DNA from: Mobula hypostoma
Taxonomy: Eukaryota
DNA length: 64,000 nucleotides
Assembly (NCBI RefSeq): GCF_963921235.1
Contig: NC_086108.1
Span: 36,954,001 to 37,018,000 of the forward strand
Direction: 5' to 3'
Below the pieces are notes generated by a model. That model was given only the letters and a program-made list of their open reading frames with translations, ran no database searches and was not told the origin of the DNA. How positions within the stretch are numbered: the stretch's first letter is position 1; each line of letters begins with the position of its first letter. The translations under genes and the position numbers were made by a program. This document shows positions 12,910 to 24,452 of the stretch, piece by piece.

Positions 12910-13393
12910 CACACTAGTCTTTTGCTGCTGTAACGCGTCCTCTTCAAGGCTCACTAAGTTTTGCATTCAGGGATGCTCTTGTGCACAACACCTTTGTAAT
13001 GTGTGGTTATTTGAGTTACTGTCACCATCCTGTCAACATGATCCAGTCTGGCTATTTTCCTCTCATTAGCAAGACATTTTTATTCATAGAACTGCTGCTC
13101 ACTGGATGTTTGTTTTTTGCATCATTCTCTGTAAACTCTAGAGACTGTTGTGTGTGAAAATCCCAGGAGAACAGCAATGTGTGAGATAATCAAACCACCC
13201 CATCTGGCACCAACAATCATTCCATGGTCAAAGTCATTCCTTCCTCATTCTGATATTTGTTCTGAACAACAGTTGAACATCCTGACCATGACTGTATGCT
13301 TTTATGTATTGAGTTACTGCCACATGATAGGCATGATTATATATTTGCTTTAGTAATCAGGTGGACAGAGTAATAAAGTGACTACTGAATGTA
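12910..13393. mobile_element. Tc1-like DNA transposon end fragment
   Basis: Ends taataaagtgactactgaatgta (TIR + TA); body resembles a widespread fish Tc1-like repeat (recalled). Confidence 0.7.
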
Positions 13394-14258
13394 TATTGGT
13401 CCAGTCTTATACTGTTAAGTGACAATAAGTGCTATTCACATTGGTAATGTTTCATGTGCACAAGATTAAACAGGGAAAGGACATTGGTGATAGGATGCAT
13501 CGAAACAGGAAGTGACCAGCCCAATTTCCAGCCTCAATTAGGAGCTATGTATAGATATTGCACAACATACTCAAAACGTTGTGTTTTGCAATATGTGCTC
13601 ACAAATGATGGACACAAATTAATTCTTACAATGATTCAATCAATTATATCAACAGCAATAGAAGTAGCCAATAGCATGATTTGAAAAAGATATTGGACAA
13701 TTTTCCAAAGAGCAGGTTCTAGCAATTCTACTCATCAAAATAGGTTGCCCATTCTGTGCTAGAGGAGAAAGATTTAGTATGTAAGTAATCTGAATTTTTC
13801 ACTGTAACGTTCAATGTAACAAACAGCATTGAAAATCTTCATAATACTAGACAGTTAAACAATCTTACAGTCATTACAAATCTCTGTGCTATTTATTTTA
13901 AAATGATGCACCCTTTTCAAGTGCTTTAATATACTTCATAGTTACCTTCTAATAACTTGTTCATCCCTGTTCACTTAGGAAGGGACATTAGCCTGAGAGT
14001 TTTCTATTAACATGCACGTAGCCTTGTAAGCAACCTTAGAGGATAATTATTTTAAATTGGAAAATGGCATATGTACGTCAACCATTTAAGAAATGTGAGG
14101 ATTGGAGATCTGGGTGTTACTCAGGGATTCAACACTTATTGTCACAAGAAAATACTACACTGTACAGCTTAGGAAAAAATTGGCACGGCACCCAGAAACT
14201 ATTTAGCAAATCAGAGACAGCCGGCAGTGATCTGAAAGAGTAGATCATTCTTAATATA

Positions 14259-14315
14259 GACTCAGTGGCTACTTTGTTAGGCTCAGGAGGTACCTAATAA
14301 AGTGGTCATCGAGTG
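14259..14315. mobile_element. ~57-bp Tc1-like micro-MITE (two TIRs only)
   Basis: actcagtggctactttgttagg ... cctaataaagtggtcatcgagt inverted pair; same TIR as 13371-13391. Confidence 0.75.
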
Positions 14316-14610
14316 TCGGCGGCCACAGGAAGAAACGAGTATGTGCCATGCTTGGGGGAGGCTCCATATCAGAAAACCTCCTTTAGCCCTCTGTATCACC
14401 ATCCTACCAGATTTCAAATTTTCCCTTTGCTTCTGACACCCCCCCCCCCACAATCCCTCAGGTTTGCAAGGAGAAATCACCTTTAAAGCATTGGTCCATT
14501 TCCAAATGGCCAATGGTCTGATTCTATAGCTACTATCTGTCCATCCAGTGCCAGTGTATGATTTTAATGATTCATAAAGGGGCTACATGAGATAACGCTC
14601 TCGTAAAAAA

Positions 14611-15295
14611 TTAGATTAGATTAGATTAGATTATGAGGACACTCAGTCCTCGTTTATTGACATTTAGAAATGCATGCATTAAAAATGATGCAATGTTCCT
14701 GCAGTATGATATCACAGAAACACAAGTCAGGCCAAGACCAAAACTGATAAAAACCACATAATTATAACATATAGTTACAACAGTGCAAAGCAATACTGTA
14801 ATTTGATAAGAGCAGAGCATGGGCACAGTAAAAAAAAGTCTCAAAATCCTGATAGCTCCAACATCTCACGCAGACGGCAGAAGGGAAAAACTCTCCTTGC
14901 TATGGGCTTCCAGTGCCGCAAACTTGCTGATGCAGCATCCTGGAAGCACCCGACCATAGTCCGACTCTGAGTCTGTCCGAAAACTTCGAGCCTCCGACCA
15001 GCCCTCCGACACCAAGCACCGAGCACCATCTCCGCCGAGTGCTTCGACCCTGGCCCTGGCCGCCAAGCAAAAGGCAAAGCCAAGGATTTGGGGCTTCCAC
15101 TCTGGAGATTTTGGATTCCATAGTAGCGGCGGCAGTAAAACAGGCATTTCAGAAGTTTCACCAGATGTTCCTCCGTGCTCTCACGTCTGCTTCTATCAAA
15201 TCAGAATTGTGCATGGCCTCCTACTTGACAGATAACAGATATTCATCACCGGAGAGGCCGTGTGTGCTGCGTCGCGCCGCCATCTTCTCCTCCCA
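14611..15295 (-). mobile_element. Non-coding, non-autonomous retroelement with AAGATGGCGGCG head and (TCTAA)n tail
   Basis: CpG-rich body; 3' stem-loop gaggac-actca-gtcctc (14635-14651); minus-strand AATAAA; tail similar to Rex1-type 3' ends at 38160-38250. Confidence 0.7.
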
Positions 15296-15729
15296 CATTT
15301 GTATATCTCCTCAGTTTTCTCTTTTCTTTAATATATGAGGAAAGAAATGAAGAATATTATGGGGCTGGCAGGGAGAGGGCAATCAAAGAATGAAAGTGTA
15401 AGGATTGGTTGGGTTAGCTCTGTTTGAAGCACTCCCCTAAGCCAAAGCAGATAATTGATTGTCAGCGAGATGAAGGATTATATATGTTGTAAGTAATATA
15501 AAAATACATAGTTTCTCAATATGGATTGTGTTGATTTAGATGCCGGCTGAGTAGATTGTGTGAGGGAACATACTTTGAAAGGCGTAAGGCATGACCTAGA
15601 TTCCAAACTCATAATTAAAATTCACAAAAAATGGAATGCCTCTGTGAAATATGAGTACCAACTATATTAAGATCCACTTGATGATTTAATTTGTGTAACT
15701 TCACCAACTTGCAGAAAAGACGACTCTAT

Positions 15730-18700
15730 GAAAACATGGAAAACAAACCAATATGTTGGAACAAAGCAGTGAGTAAGCCCTTTGGCCCATTATGTTATGC
15801 TGACTTTTTAACATACTCCAAGCTCAGCCTAATGTTTCCTTCCCACATGGCCTTCCATTTTTCTTTCATCCATGTGCCTAACTAAGAGTCTCTTAAATGT
15901 CTTCAAACACCATCCCTGGCAGTGCGTACCACTCTGTGTAAAATTAAATGAAAATGAACTCTGACATTCCCCCTATATTTCTCTCTAAACATCTTACAGC
16001 TATACTCTCTTGTATTAATTATTTCCACCCTAGGAGAGAATCTTTCTCTGACCACTTTATCGATGCCTCTTATTATCTGCACACCTCTCTCAAGTCACTT
16101 TTCATCCTCCTTTTCTCCAAAAAGAAAAGCCATAGTTCATTCAACCTAACCTCATTAGACATTCTCTCTAATCCAGGCAGCATCCTGGTAAATTTCTTCT
16201 GCACCCTCTCTAAAGCATCTACAGCCTTTCTATAATGAGGCAACCAGAACTGAACACAATACTTCAAATGTGCTCTATTATTTATAGAATTTATTTATAG
16301 GATTTATAGAATTGCAACATTACCTGGTGGCTCTTGAACTCTATCTCCTGCCTAATGAAGGCCAAGATGCTATATGGCTTCTTTACCACACTATCAATTG
16401 GCGCTGCAACTTTGAGGGATCTATGGACGTGGACCCCAAAGTCCCCTGTTCCTCTATACTGCTAAAAATCCTGTTATTGTCCTTGTATTCTGCCTTCAAA
16501 TTCAGCCTTACAGAATGAATCACTTCACATTTTTCCAGATTGAACTCCATCTGCCATTTAGCGCAATCTCCATCCTATCAATGTTCCATTGTAACCCATG
16601 ACAACCTTCTACACTATCTACAATATCACCAACCTTCATGTATTCTGCAATCTTACTAACCCATCTCTTCACTTTGTCATCCAAGCCAATTATAAAAATC
16701 ATAAACAGCAGGGAGTCCCAGACAGATCTCCACAGGACGCCGCTGGTCACCAACCTCCAAGCAGAATACACTCCATCTAAAACCACCCCCATCCTCCTGT
16801 GGGCAAAGCAATTCTGAATCCACATAGATATGTTTCCTTGGGTCCCATTCCTCCTGACTTTCTGAATAAGCCTATCAAGTGCCTTCCTAAAATACACAAC
16901 ATCCACTGCTTTGCCTTCATCACTGTTTGTCACTTCCTCAAAGAACTGAATCAGGCTTGTGAGGCACTATCCTTAATCAGACTATACTTCTCCAAAAGAT
17001 CGTACAGCCTTTCTCTAAGAATCCTCTCCAATACTTTGCCCACCACTGACATAAGACTTACTGATCTATATTTTCTATATTGCCCAGGGTTAGCCCTATC
17101 ATCTTTCTTGAACAAAGGAATAACATTTGTAACACTTCAATCCTCTGGCATTACTCTTGTGGCCATTCAGGATGCAAAGATCTTCACCAAAGGCATAGCA
17201 ATCTCTTCTCTCACTTTCTGTAGTAACCTGAGGTATATTCTTCCGGTCCCAGGCACTTATCTATTCTTATGTTTTTCGAACGTTCAAAGGCTGCCCCATT
17301 CTTAAACTTGACATGTTCCAGCATATTAATCTGTTCTATGCTGACCTCACATTCGTCAAGGTCCCTCTAAATGGTGAATACTGAGGCAAAATATTCATTA
17401 AAGATCTCCCCACTCTAGGCATGTTTTCTCTTCTATTCATGATTGGTCCTACCCTTAATCTAATCATCCACCTGTTCTTCACATACTTGTAGAAAGCCTT
17501 GGGGTTCCTTAATCCTACTCGCTCTCCTCATGCTGCCTAGTGATCTTATCTCCATTCTTCAGCTCCTTACTTGTAGCTCTCAAGTGTCCTGTCTGATCCT
17601 TGCTTCCGAAACCTTATGTATGCTTCTTTCTTTCTCTTGACTAGATGGTTCACATCTCTTGTCAACCACGTCAACCATATAGATTCCTTCATCCTATATC
17701 CTTCTCTTGCCTCAATGGGATAAACCTTTCCAGAACCTCATGCAGGTGGTCCTTAAACAACTCCTATATTTCTGTTGTGCACGTACCAGAATACATCTGT
17801 TCCCAATTTATGCTCCCAAGTTACTGCCTGTTAGCATCATAGTTCTGCACCACAAATGAAATACTTACTCACATCATCTGGTCCTATTCATATTTCCAAG
17901 GCTATAGTAAAGATCAAGGAGTTTTGGTCACTGCTGCCAAAATACTCACCTTTCAAGAGATTCGTCACCTGACCTAGTTCATTGCCTAGCAACTGATACA
18001 GTATGGCCTCTCCTCCAGTTGGCCTGTTTACATATTTTATCTCCGATCCTCCTGGACACACCAAACAAATTCTGCCTCACCTAAACCTTTTGCACTGAGG
18101 AGGTGTCAATCAATATGAGGGAAGTTGAAATCACCTATAACAACAGTATTTTTGTATTTTTCCAAACTTTTGTCTCCTGATCTGCACCTCAGTGTCTCTG
18201 TTACTATTGAGGGTATGGGATCTAAGGAGTGATTGCTCCCTTCCTGTTTCTTACTTTCACCTACGCTGATTGAGTAGACGATCCCTTTAGGACGTCCTCC
18301 CTCTCTGCTGCTCTGATACTATCCCTGATTAGCATTCCTACTCCCACACCTCTTTTAGCTCCCTCCCTGTCCATTCCTAACTCCCACACCTCTTTTACCT
18401 CCCTCTCTGTCCATTCCTACTCCCACACCTCTTTTACCTCCCTCCCTGTCCATTTTGAAATATCTAAACACTGGGACATCAGCCGTTGTGAGAGCCAAGT
18501 CTCCATAGTGGCCACGATGTAGTAGTTCTGTGTGCTCATCCATGCTCTAAGTTCACCCCCTTGTTTTGGATACTTCTTGTGTTAAAATAGACACATTTCA
18601 ACCATCTATTTCATTGTAATTATGCCATTTCCACTGCCTATCTTTCCTCAGTCACCCTATGGGCTGCATCTACCTTCACACCAACTGCCCCATCTTCTGA

Positions 18701-18765
18701 CCTATCATTCTGGTTCCCTTCCTCCTGCCAAACTAATTTGAACCTTCCCTCACAGATCTAGCAAG
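15730..18765 (-). mobile_element. CR1 LINE, decayed ORF2
   Basis: ORFs 16073-16267 (YCVQFWLPHYRKAVDALERVQKKFTRM) and 16520-16933 (DEGKAVDVVY..WRLVTSGV); endonuclease remnants upstream. Confidence 0.88.
18333..18454. repeat. Tandem repeat, three copies of a ~39-40 bp unit inside the CR1
   Basis: cattcctactcccacacctcttttacctccctccctgtc x3. Confidence 0.9.
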
Positions 18766-19204
18766 ATTGATTATTAGTCAACTGTAAAATATTCTAAATT
18801 AATCTCATTTAAAAAAACACAGTTTCAACTGACCACTTAATACATTGAAGTGTGAGTTTTAATCAGATTGTATAATAGGAAGTGAGGAAGTGGGAAATGC
18901 TGATCGAAGAATTTTCTGAGGTTTGAACTGTTTTCTTGGTCAAGTGACATTTTTTTCCGACGGGACTAGAAATAATTGCAGCTGCTTTTTTCTTATGGCT
19001 CCAAGCCAAGGGGAGAGAATATCCCTGATTGTTTGTTTGCAGGCCTGGAGATTTTTTTTGGGTTGTAGACTCACAAAATTCAATCTAAATTAAATAACAT
19101 ATTTTGACAATATTTTCCCAATGGCTTAAACCAATTTAACAACTATGTTTTTAATAAATGATCTTGTTTTGCACTTCCTCGCTCTACTAGATCAGCGTAA
19201 TATA

Positions 19205-19340
19205 CTGTCCATCAGGCTGCTGCTATTGATCGAGTTGAGTATGATATTCTCTTAAGGAGTTGTCTATTGGTGGGTCTTCGGGTGGCTGTAAAAGGCCATC
19301 TGGATCACCCCGGAACTTAATCTGGGATGTTAGGGCAGAT
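19205..19340 (-). mobile_element. Possible RTE-clade LINE 3' end relic
   Basis: Minus strand gives GL-YSHPKTH with a frameshift, like the RTE C-terminal RIGLxSHxRxH motif. Confidence 0.4.
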
Positions 19341-19434
19341 TCCCTTAATGGAGATCTCAGGTGCATGAATTTGTTTAATGTGAGGAGGCTAATGCAAGAA
19401 CATCCAACACACAGTACTTAACAGGTGGAGGTAG

Positions 19435-19903
19435 TGTCAGTACCTCCAGTTGAACTCTGCCTTTTCGTGTGTTTCCTGCTAGCTGTCAGTCTGTGGTTTT
19501 GTATTGCCATGGGCTCCTGTCCCTGCTCCTGCTCTACTCCAGCCCCTGTATTACTGAGTACTCCGTCTCTCACCTGTTTCTTATTATCACCTGTATCACT
19601 GCCACCTGTGTATCACTGTGCTCCACCTATCATCTGCCTCTCTGTTTATTGCTCAGTGTATTTCAGTCCTGTGTTTTCAGCTGTTTGTTGCCAGTGAATT
19701 TTCTTGTATTTGTACCTGAACTCTGTCTGTCTGAATATTGACTCTGCTTGCTTCCCGATTCTGGTTTTTGGATTTCTCTGGAATTTTTGATCTCTGCCTG
19801 AACTTTGGCGCTGACCTTGTTGCCCCTCTGGATTTGCTACTCAGTAAATATAGTGCGCACAGTATGTGGTCTGCGATTGGGTCCCTGTTTCAGCGTCCTG
19901 ACA
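19435..19903 (+). mobile_element. Solo LTR (probably Gypsy)
   Basis: Termini TGTCAG...CTGACA; flanks ggtag/gatag (4/5 TSD); CT-rich body; AGTAAA at 19843-19848. Confidence 0.7.
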
Positions 19904-21875
19904 GATAGAAAGACACTTTACTGATCCCAAAGGAAATCTCACAATGTCACAGCAGCATTACAGGTGCAAAGATATACAATTATTAGAAGAGAAGTAAGAA
20001 AGAATTTAACAAAAGTGACTTAAAACAGTCTAGTAAGAGGGTGTCATCGCTTCTCCGGCTATGGGTTGACTCATTATTGAGCCTAATGAGAGAGTACGAA
20101 TGACCTCATACAGCGCTCTTTAGAACAGCACAGTTGTCTTAGTCTATTACTAAAAGTGCTCCTCTGTTCAGCCAAGATGGCATGCAGAGGGTGAGAGACA
20201 TTGTTCAGAATTGCCAGGATTTTCCATAGGATCTTTTGTTCTATCAAAGCCTCCAGCATGTCCAGTTTGACTTCTATAACAGAGCCAGTCTTTCTAATCA
20301 GTTTATCGAGCCTGTTGGCATCACCCATGTTGGTGCCATTTCTCCAGCGCACCATCACATAGGAGATTGTACTGGTGACAACAGACTGGTAGAACATGCG
20401 AAGGAGAGGCCTGCATACTCCAAAGGACCTCAGTCTCCTCAGGAAGTAGATGTGACTCTGGTCCTTCTTGTACACCACCACACTCAGGTCTGTCATCCAG
20501 GTGCACCCCCAGGTCCTCAACACATCCACATCCTCACCATCAGTAGTAACTGGGAGCAGTGCAGGCTTAGTTTTCCCAAAGTCCATCACCATCTCCTTTG
20601 TCTTACTGCTATTGAGCTGCAAATGATTCAGCTTGCACCATTTGACAAAGTCCTCCACCAGGGCCCTGTATTCATTCTCCCGTCCCTTTATACGCACAAC
20701 TATTATTGAGTCATCAGAGAATTTCTGCAGATGACATGACTCAGTCCGAGGTATACAGGGTAAACAAGAAGTCAGCCAATACAGTCCGCCTTGGGGCCCC
20801 AGTGCTGCTTATAGCCACGTCTGACACAGAGCTCTGAAGCCACACAAACTGAGGTCTGCCAGTCAGGTCGTCCATTATTTAAGATACAAATGGAAGTGCC
20901 AATCTGTATTGAATGGAGCTTTTCCCCAGCGACGTGGCCTGTGTGGTACTGAAGGCACTTGAGAAATCAAGAAACATGATCCTCACAGTGCTGCCCTGCT
21001 TATCCAAATGGGAGTAGGCTTTGTTCAGCAGGTAGATGACAGCATCGTCGACTCCATGTACTCCTGGTGGGCAAACTGCAGGGGATCAAGGGCTGATCAG
21101 ACCAGGCATTGGAGGTGAGCAAGGATCAACTTCTCTAGGGTCTTCATAATGTGTGATAGTAGGGCCACTAAATGGTAGTCATTCAAGACTTCTGGTTGGC
21201 CCTTCTTGGGTACTGGGACCACAAGTGATGTTCTCCACACATTCAGGACCCTTTCCAGATTGAAGATGCTCTGGAGAACTCCACACGGCTGCTCAGCACA
21301 CTCCTTCTGGTCCCAATGCTTTACCATGTTTGACTTTCCCCAGAGCCCTTCTCACCTGCTCAATAGTGAAGGTGAGTCCATGATGACTTGAGGTTGGTGG
21401 AAGTTGAGGGCTAGGGGAGGTGACGATCAGGACGACATCAGTTGGTATGTGGAGATATGGATGGTAGGTGCCGGACAAGGAGGGGATGTAGACAGTGGTA
21501 GCCTGTGTTGTTCAACCACGTGTTGAACTGGAGGGTGGAGGAGGGAGGAGGTTGAGGGTTTGGTGCTGAGGGAGCATTGGGTGCCTCAGCACTTGGACTG
21601 GTGTGCTGAGGGGGATGTGAACAGGAGAGCAATTGTCAAACGTATTGAAGAATTGGTTTAACTCATTAGCTCATTCACGGCTATGCTCTGAGGCTCTACA
21701 GTTAGGCTGATTGAAACCATTGATGTTCTTCATGCCTCTCCATACCTCCTCTGTGTTACTCTGTCCAAGCTTGTTCTCCAGCTGTCTCCTGTATTTCTCT
21801 TTAGCCACCTTGATCTTCTCCTTTAGCTCCCTCTGCATGTTTCAGTTCCTCCCTATCTCCTGATCTGCAGGCTCT
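19904..21875 (-). mobile_element. Rex1/Babar-clade LINE, decayed
   Basis: ORFs 20083-20697 (LQLNSSKTKEMVMDF, YFLRRLRSFGV) and 21097-21327 (VVPVPKKG..LNDYHLVAL). Confidence 0.88.
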
Positions 21876-21879
21876 CTTT

Positions 21880-22165
21880 TTGTGGTCAGATTCAGGGCCC
21901 AGTGGCATGGAATGGAAGACATCTGGGGACCCTTCACTACTTCACCCTTCCTCAGCCTTCACAGTTGTTGTGGTGTGTCATCATTTTCTGCCAGCTCCTC
22001 CACTGAGCTCTTGGTGGATTGTTCTTTGTCTGCAACCGCCTCCTGGACCTTCCCACCATTGGTGACCCTGCCAGGAGCTAAACTCCAGGTGAAATCACTT
22101 TCAGGATCTCAGGAACTCGCAAGACTCTCCATCATTACATGGTGATGATCCTTGGAGAAGGTTTA
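21880..22165 (-). mobile_element. RTE (Expander/Rex3/BovB-like) 5' UTR-type fragment
   Basis: Minus strand ccttctccaaggatcatcaccatgtaatgatggagag...cctggcagggtcaccaatggtgggaaggtcc resembles recalled RTE 5' UTRs. Confidence 0.5.
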
Positions 22166-22224
22166 TCCAATTCAGCTTGGTGTTCAATACCTGGTCTTCT
22201 GTATCTCTCTCTGCAAATGGATCC

Positions 22225-23138
22225 ACAGCTTCATCAGGAATCCACAGTCAGATTGGTAATAACCTTGCCTCTTCACTGACAGCCAAGAGAGGCACACATC
22301 AAAGGTGTTTGCTTAGCGCTCTGCCCTACTCTCTCTGTACTCTCTACTGCACAGTTAATGTATACATTTTCAGATGACACCACTGTTAGGAGAATCTCAG
22401 ATGGCAAAGAGAAAGCATATAGGTCTGCTAGTTGACTGGTGTCAACACAGCACTCAACATCAGCAAGAGCAACAAACTGATAGTGGACTTCAGGAAGGAG
22501 AAGCCAGAAGCAACCTCACCAGTTCTCCTTGCGGGATCAGTGGTGGAAAGGGTAAGCAGCTTTATGCCCTTTGGTGCCAGCATCTCAGAAGGCTTTTCCT
22601 GGGCCCAACATTTTGATGTAATGGCAATGGACGCATGCCAGCAGCTCTAATTCATTAGGAACTAGAAGAGATTTGGTACATCACCAAAGAGTCTAGCAAA
22701 TTTCTACGGGTGTATTGTGAAGTGCATTCTGACTGATTGATCACAGCCTGGCATGGAGGCTCCAATGAACAGGATCACAGAGGCTGAAGCGGGTTGTTCA
22801 CTCAGCCAGTTCTCATTGGTTCAACCTCCCTGCCATCAAAAGGACATACTCAAGAGGTGAGCATCCGTCATAAAGGACCCTCACCATCTGGGACAAGTTA
22901 TTTTCTCATTGCTACCATTAAGGATAAGATACAGGAGCCCGAGGACCCAGTCTCTGTGATTCATCTACCATAACCTTTTTGACAGTCAATGAATCCATGC
23001 ACACTACCTTATAATTCCTTTTTTTGCACTATATATTTATTTTGTAATTTATAGTTATTTTATGTCTTGGCACTGTACTGCTGCAACAAAACAACACATT
23101 TCACATCATTTAAGACAGTGATAATAAACATGATTCTG
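22225..23138 (+). mobile_element. Rex1/Babar-like LINE 3' part, old
   Basis: GTHQRCLLSALPYSL and LNISKSNKLIVDFRK motifs; 3' tail ataataaacatgattctg. Confidence 0.8.
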
Positions 23139-23254
23139 CATTACTGAAGATAAATTCACAAAACTGGAATGCCTTCTGAGAGTAAAATTTTAATGCAAAA
23201 TGTTGTTCAATGATATATGTGTCTGACTCATAATCTTCAGAAACATCTAGCTAC

Positions 23255-23503
23255 TAGATAGATATATAGATAGATACTTTATTGATCCCAAAGGAAATTA
23301 CAGTGTCACAGTAGCTTCATAAATGCACAGATATATAAATATTAGCAGAGAAGTTAGAATAAAAAGTAAGTTATCTCAAACAGTCTAACAGGAGGGGGTC
23401 ATCACTTCCCCGGCTATAGGTTGATTTATTATAAAGCCTAACGGCTGAGGGTAAGAATGACCTCATATAGCACTCTTTGGAGCAGTGCAGTTGCCTTAGC
23501 CTA
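23255..23503 (-). mobile_element. Rex1/Babar 3' end fragment
   Basis: (GATA)n tail + tactttattgatcccaaaggaaat, as at 19904; RSFLPSAVRLYN. Confidence 0.85.
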
Positions 23504-23987
23504 CAGCCCATGAAAGAAAATGCTAGGTTTCTGCTAGGTATTAGAATGATATAAAGGCTTTGATCATCCCGCTGATCCAAATTAAATTACAGTTCAATTT
23601 TTATTAAAAACCCTCCTGGGTTTTCTGTACATATTCCTGGGATTTCTCTGTACTGTAGCTGAGAATGATCTGAGTACATTTTGTTTTTCAATGAAGCATT
23701 CCCAGACTGAAGTAGCCTGCAGTCTTACATTAACCTCTTGGAAACCAGCCAGATCTGGACTGTTATTATGAATAGTCCTGTCTATCATTGTTGACCTTCC
23801 AGTTTACTTGGGCACAGTTCTGTAATACAACAATCAATTCTCAGTATTTGCCACTTCCGGCAGGCTTTTCAACTGTTTTTCAGACAGTCATCAAGTTGGA
23901 GAGGTGGCTCGGTTTCAAAGGGAGGGTGAATGGAGAATGTTCCTGCAGATCCTTGCCTATTATACTTTCTACTTTAGCAAATAACGC

Positions 23988-24452
23988 ATGCGGCAGAGTG
24001 GGTTCCTGGGCCCCGCTCTGCTGGGGGAGAAGCTGACAGCGATGCAGGTGGATGCTTTCCTGGTGTCATGGATTCTTGATTACCTGACTGGCAGACCACA
24101 GTACGTGTACTTGCAACACTGTGTGTCCAACAGAGTGATCAGCAGCACTGGGGCTCCACAGGGGACTGTCTTGACTCCCTTTCTCTTCACCATTTACACC
24201 TCGGACTTCAACTACTGCACAGAGTCTTGTCATCTTCAGAAGTTTTCGGATGACTCTGCCATAGTTGGATGCATCAGCAGGGGAGATGAGGCTGAGTACA
24301 GGGCTACGGTAGGAAACTTTGTCACATGGTATGAGCAGAATTATCTGCAGCTTAATGTGAAAAAGACCAAGGAGCTGGTGGTAAACCTGAGGTGAGCTAA
24401 GGTACTGGTGACCCCTGTTTCCATCCAGGGGGTCAGTGTGGACATGGTGGAA
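23988..24452 (+). mobile_element. Rex1/Babar RT fragment
   Basis: WILDYLTGRPQYV, GAPQGTVLTPFLF, KFSDD, LQLNVKKTKE. Confidence 0.9.

Noticed and set aside
18333..18454. Repeat array resembling CRISPR
   Set aside because: Contiguous tandem units with no spacers, inside a CR1, in eukaryotic context
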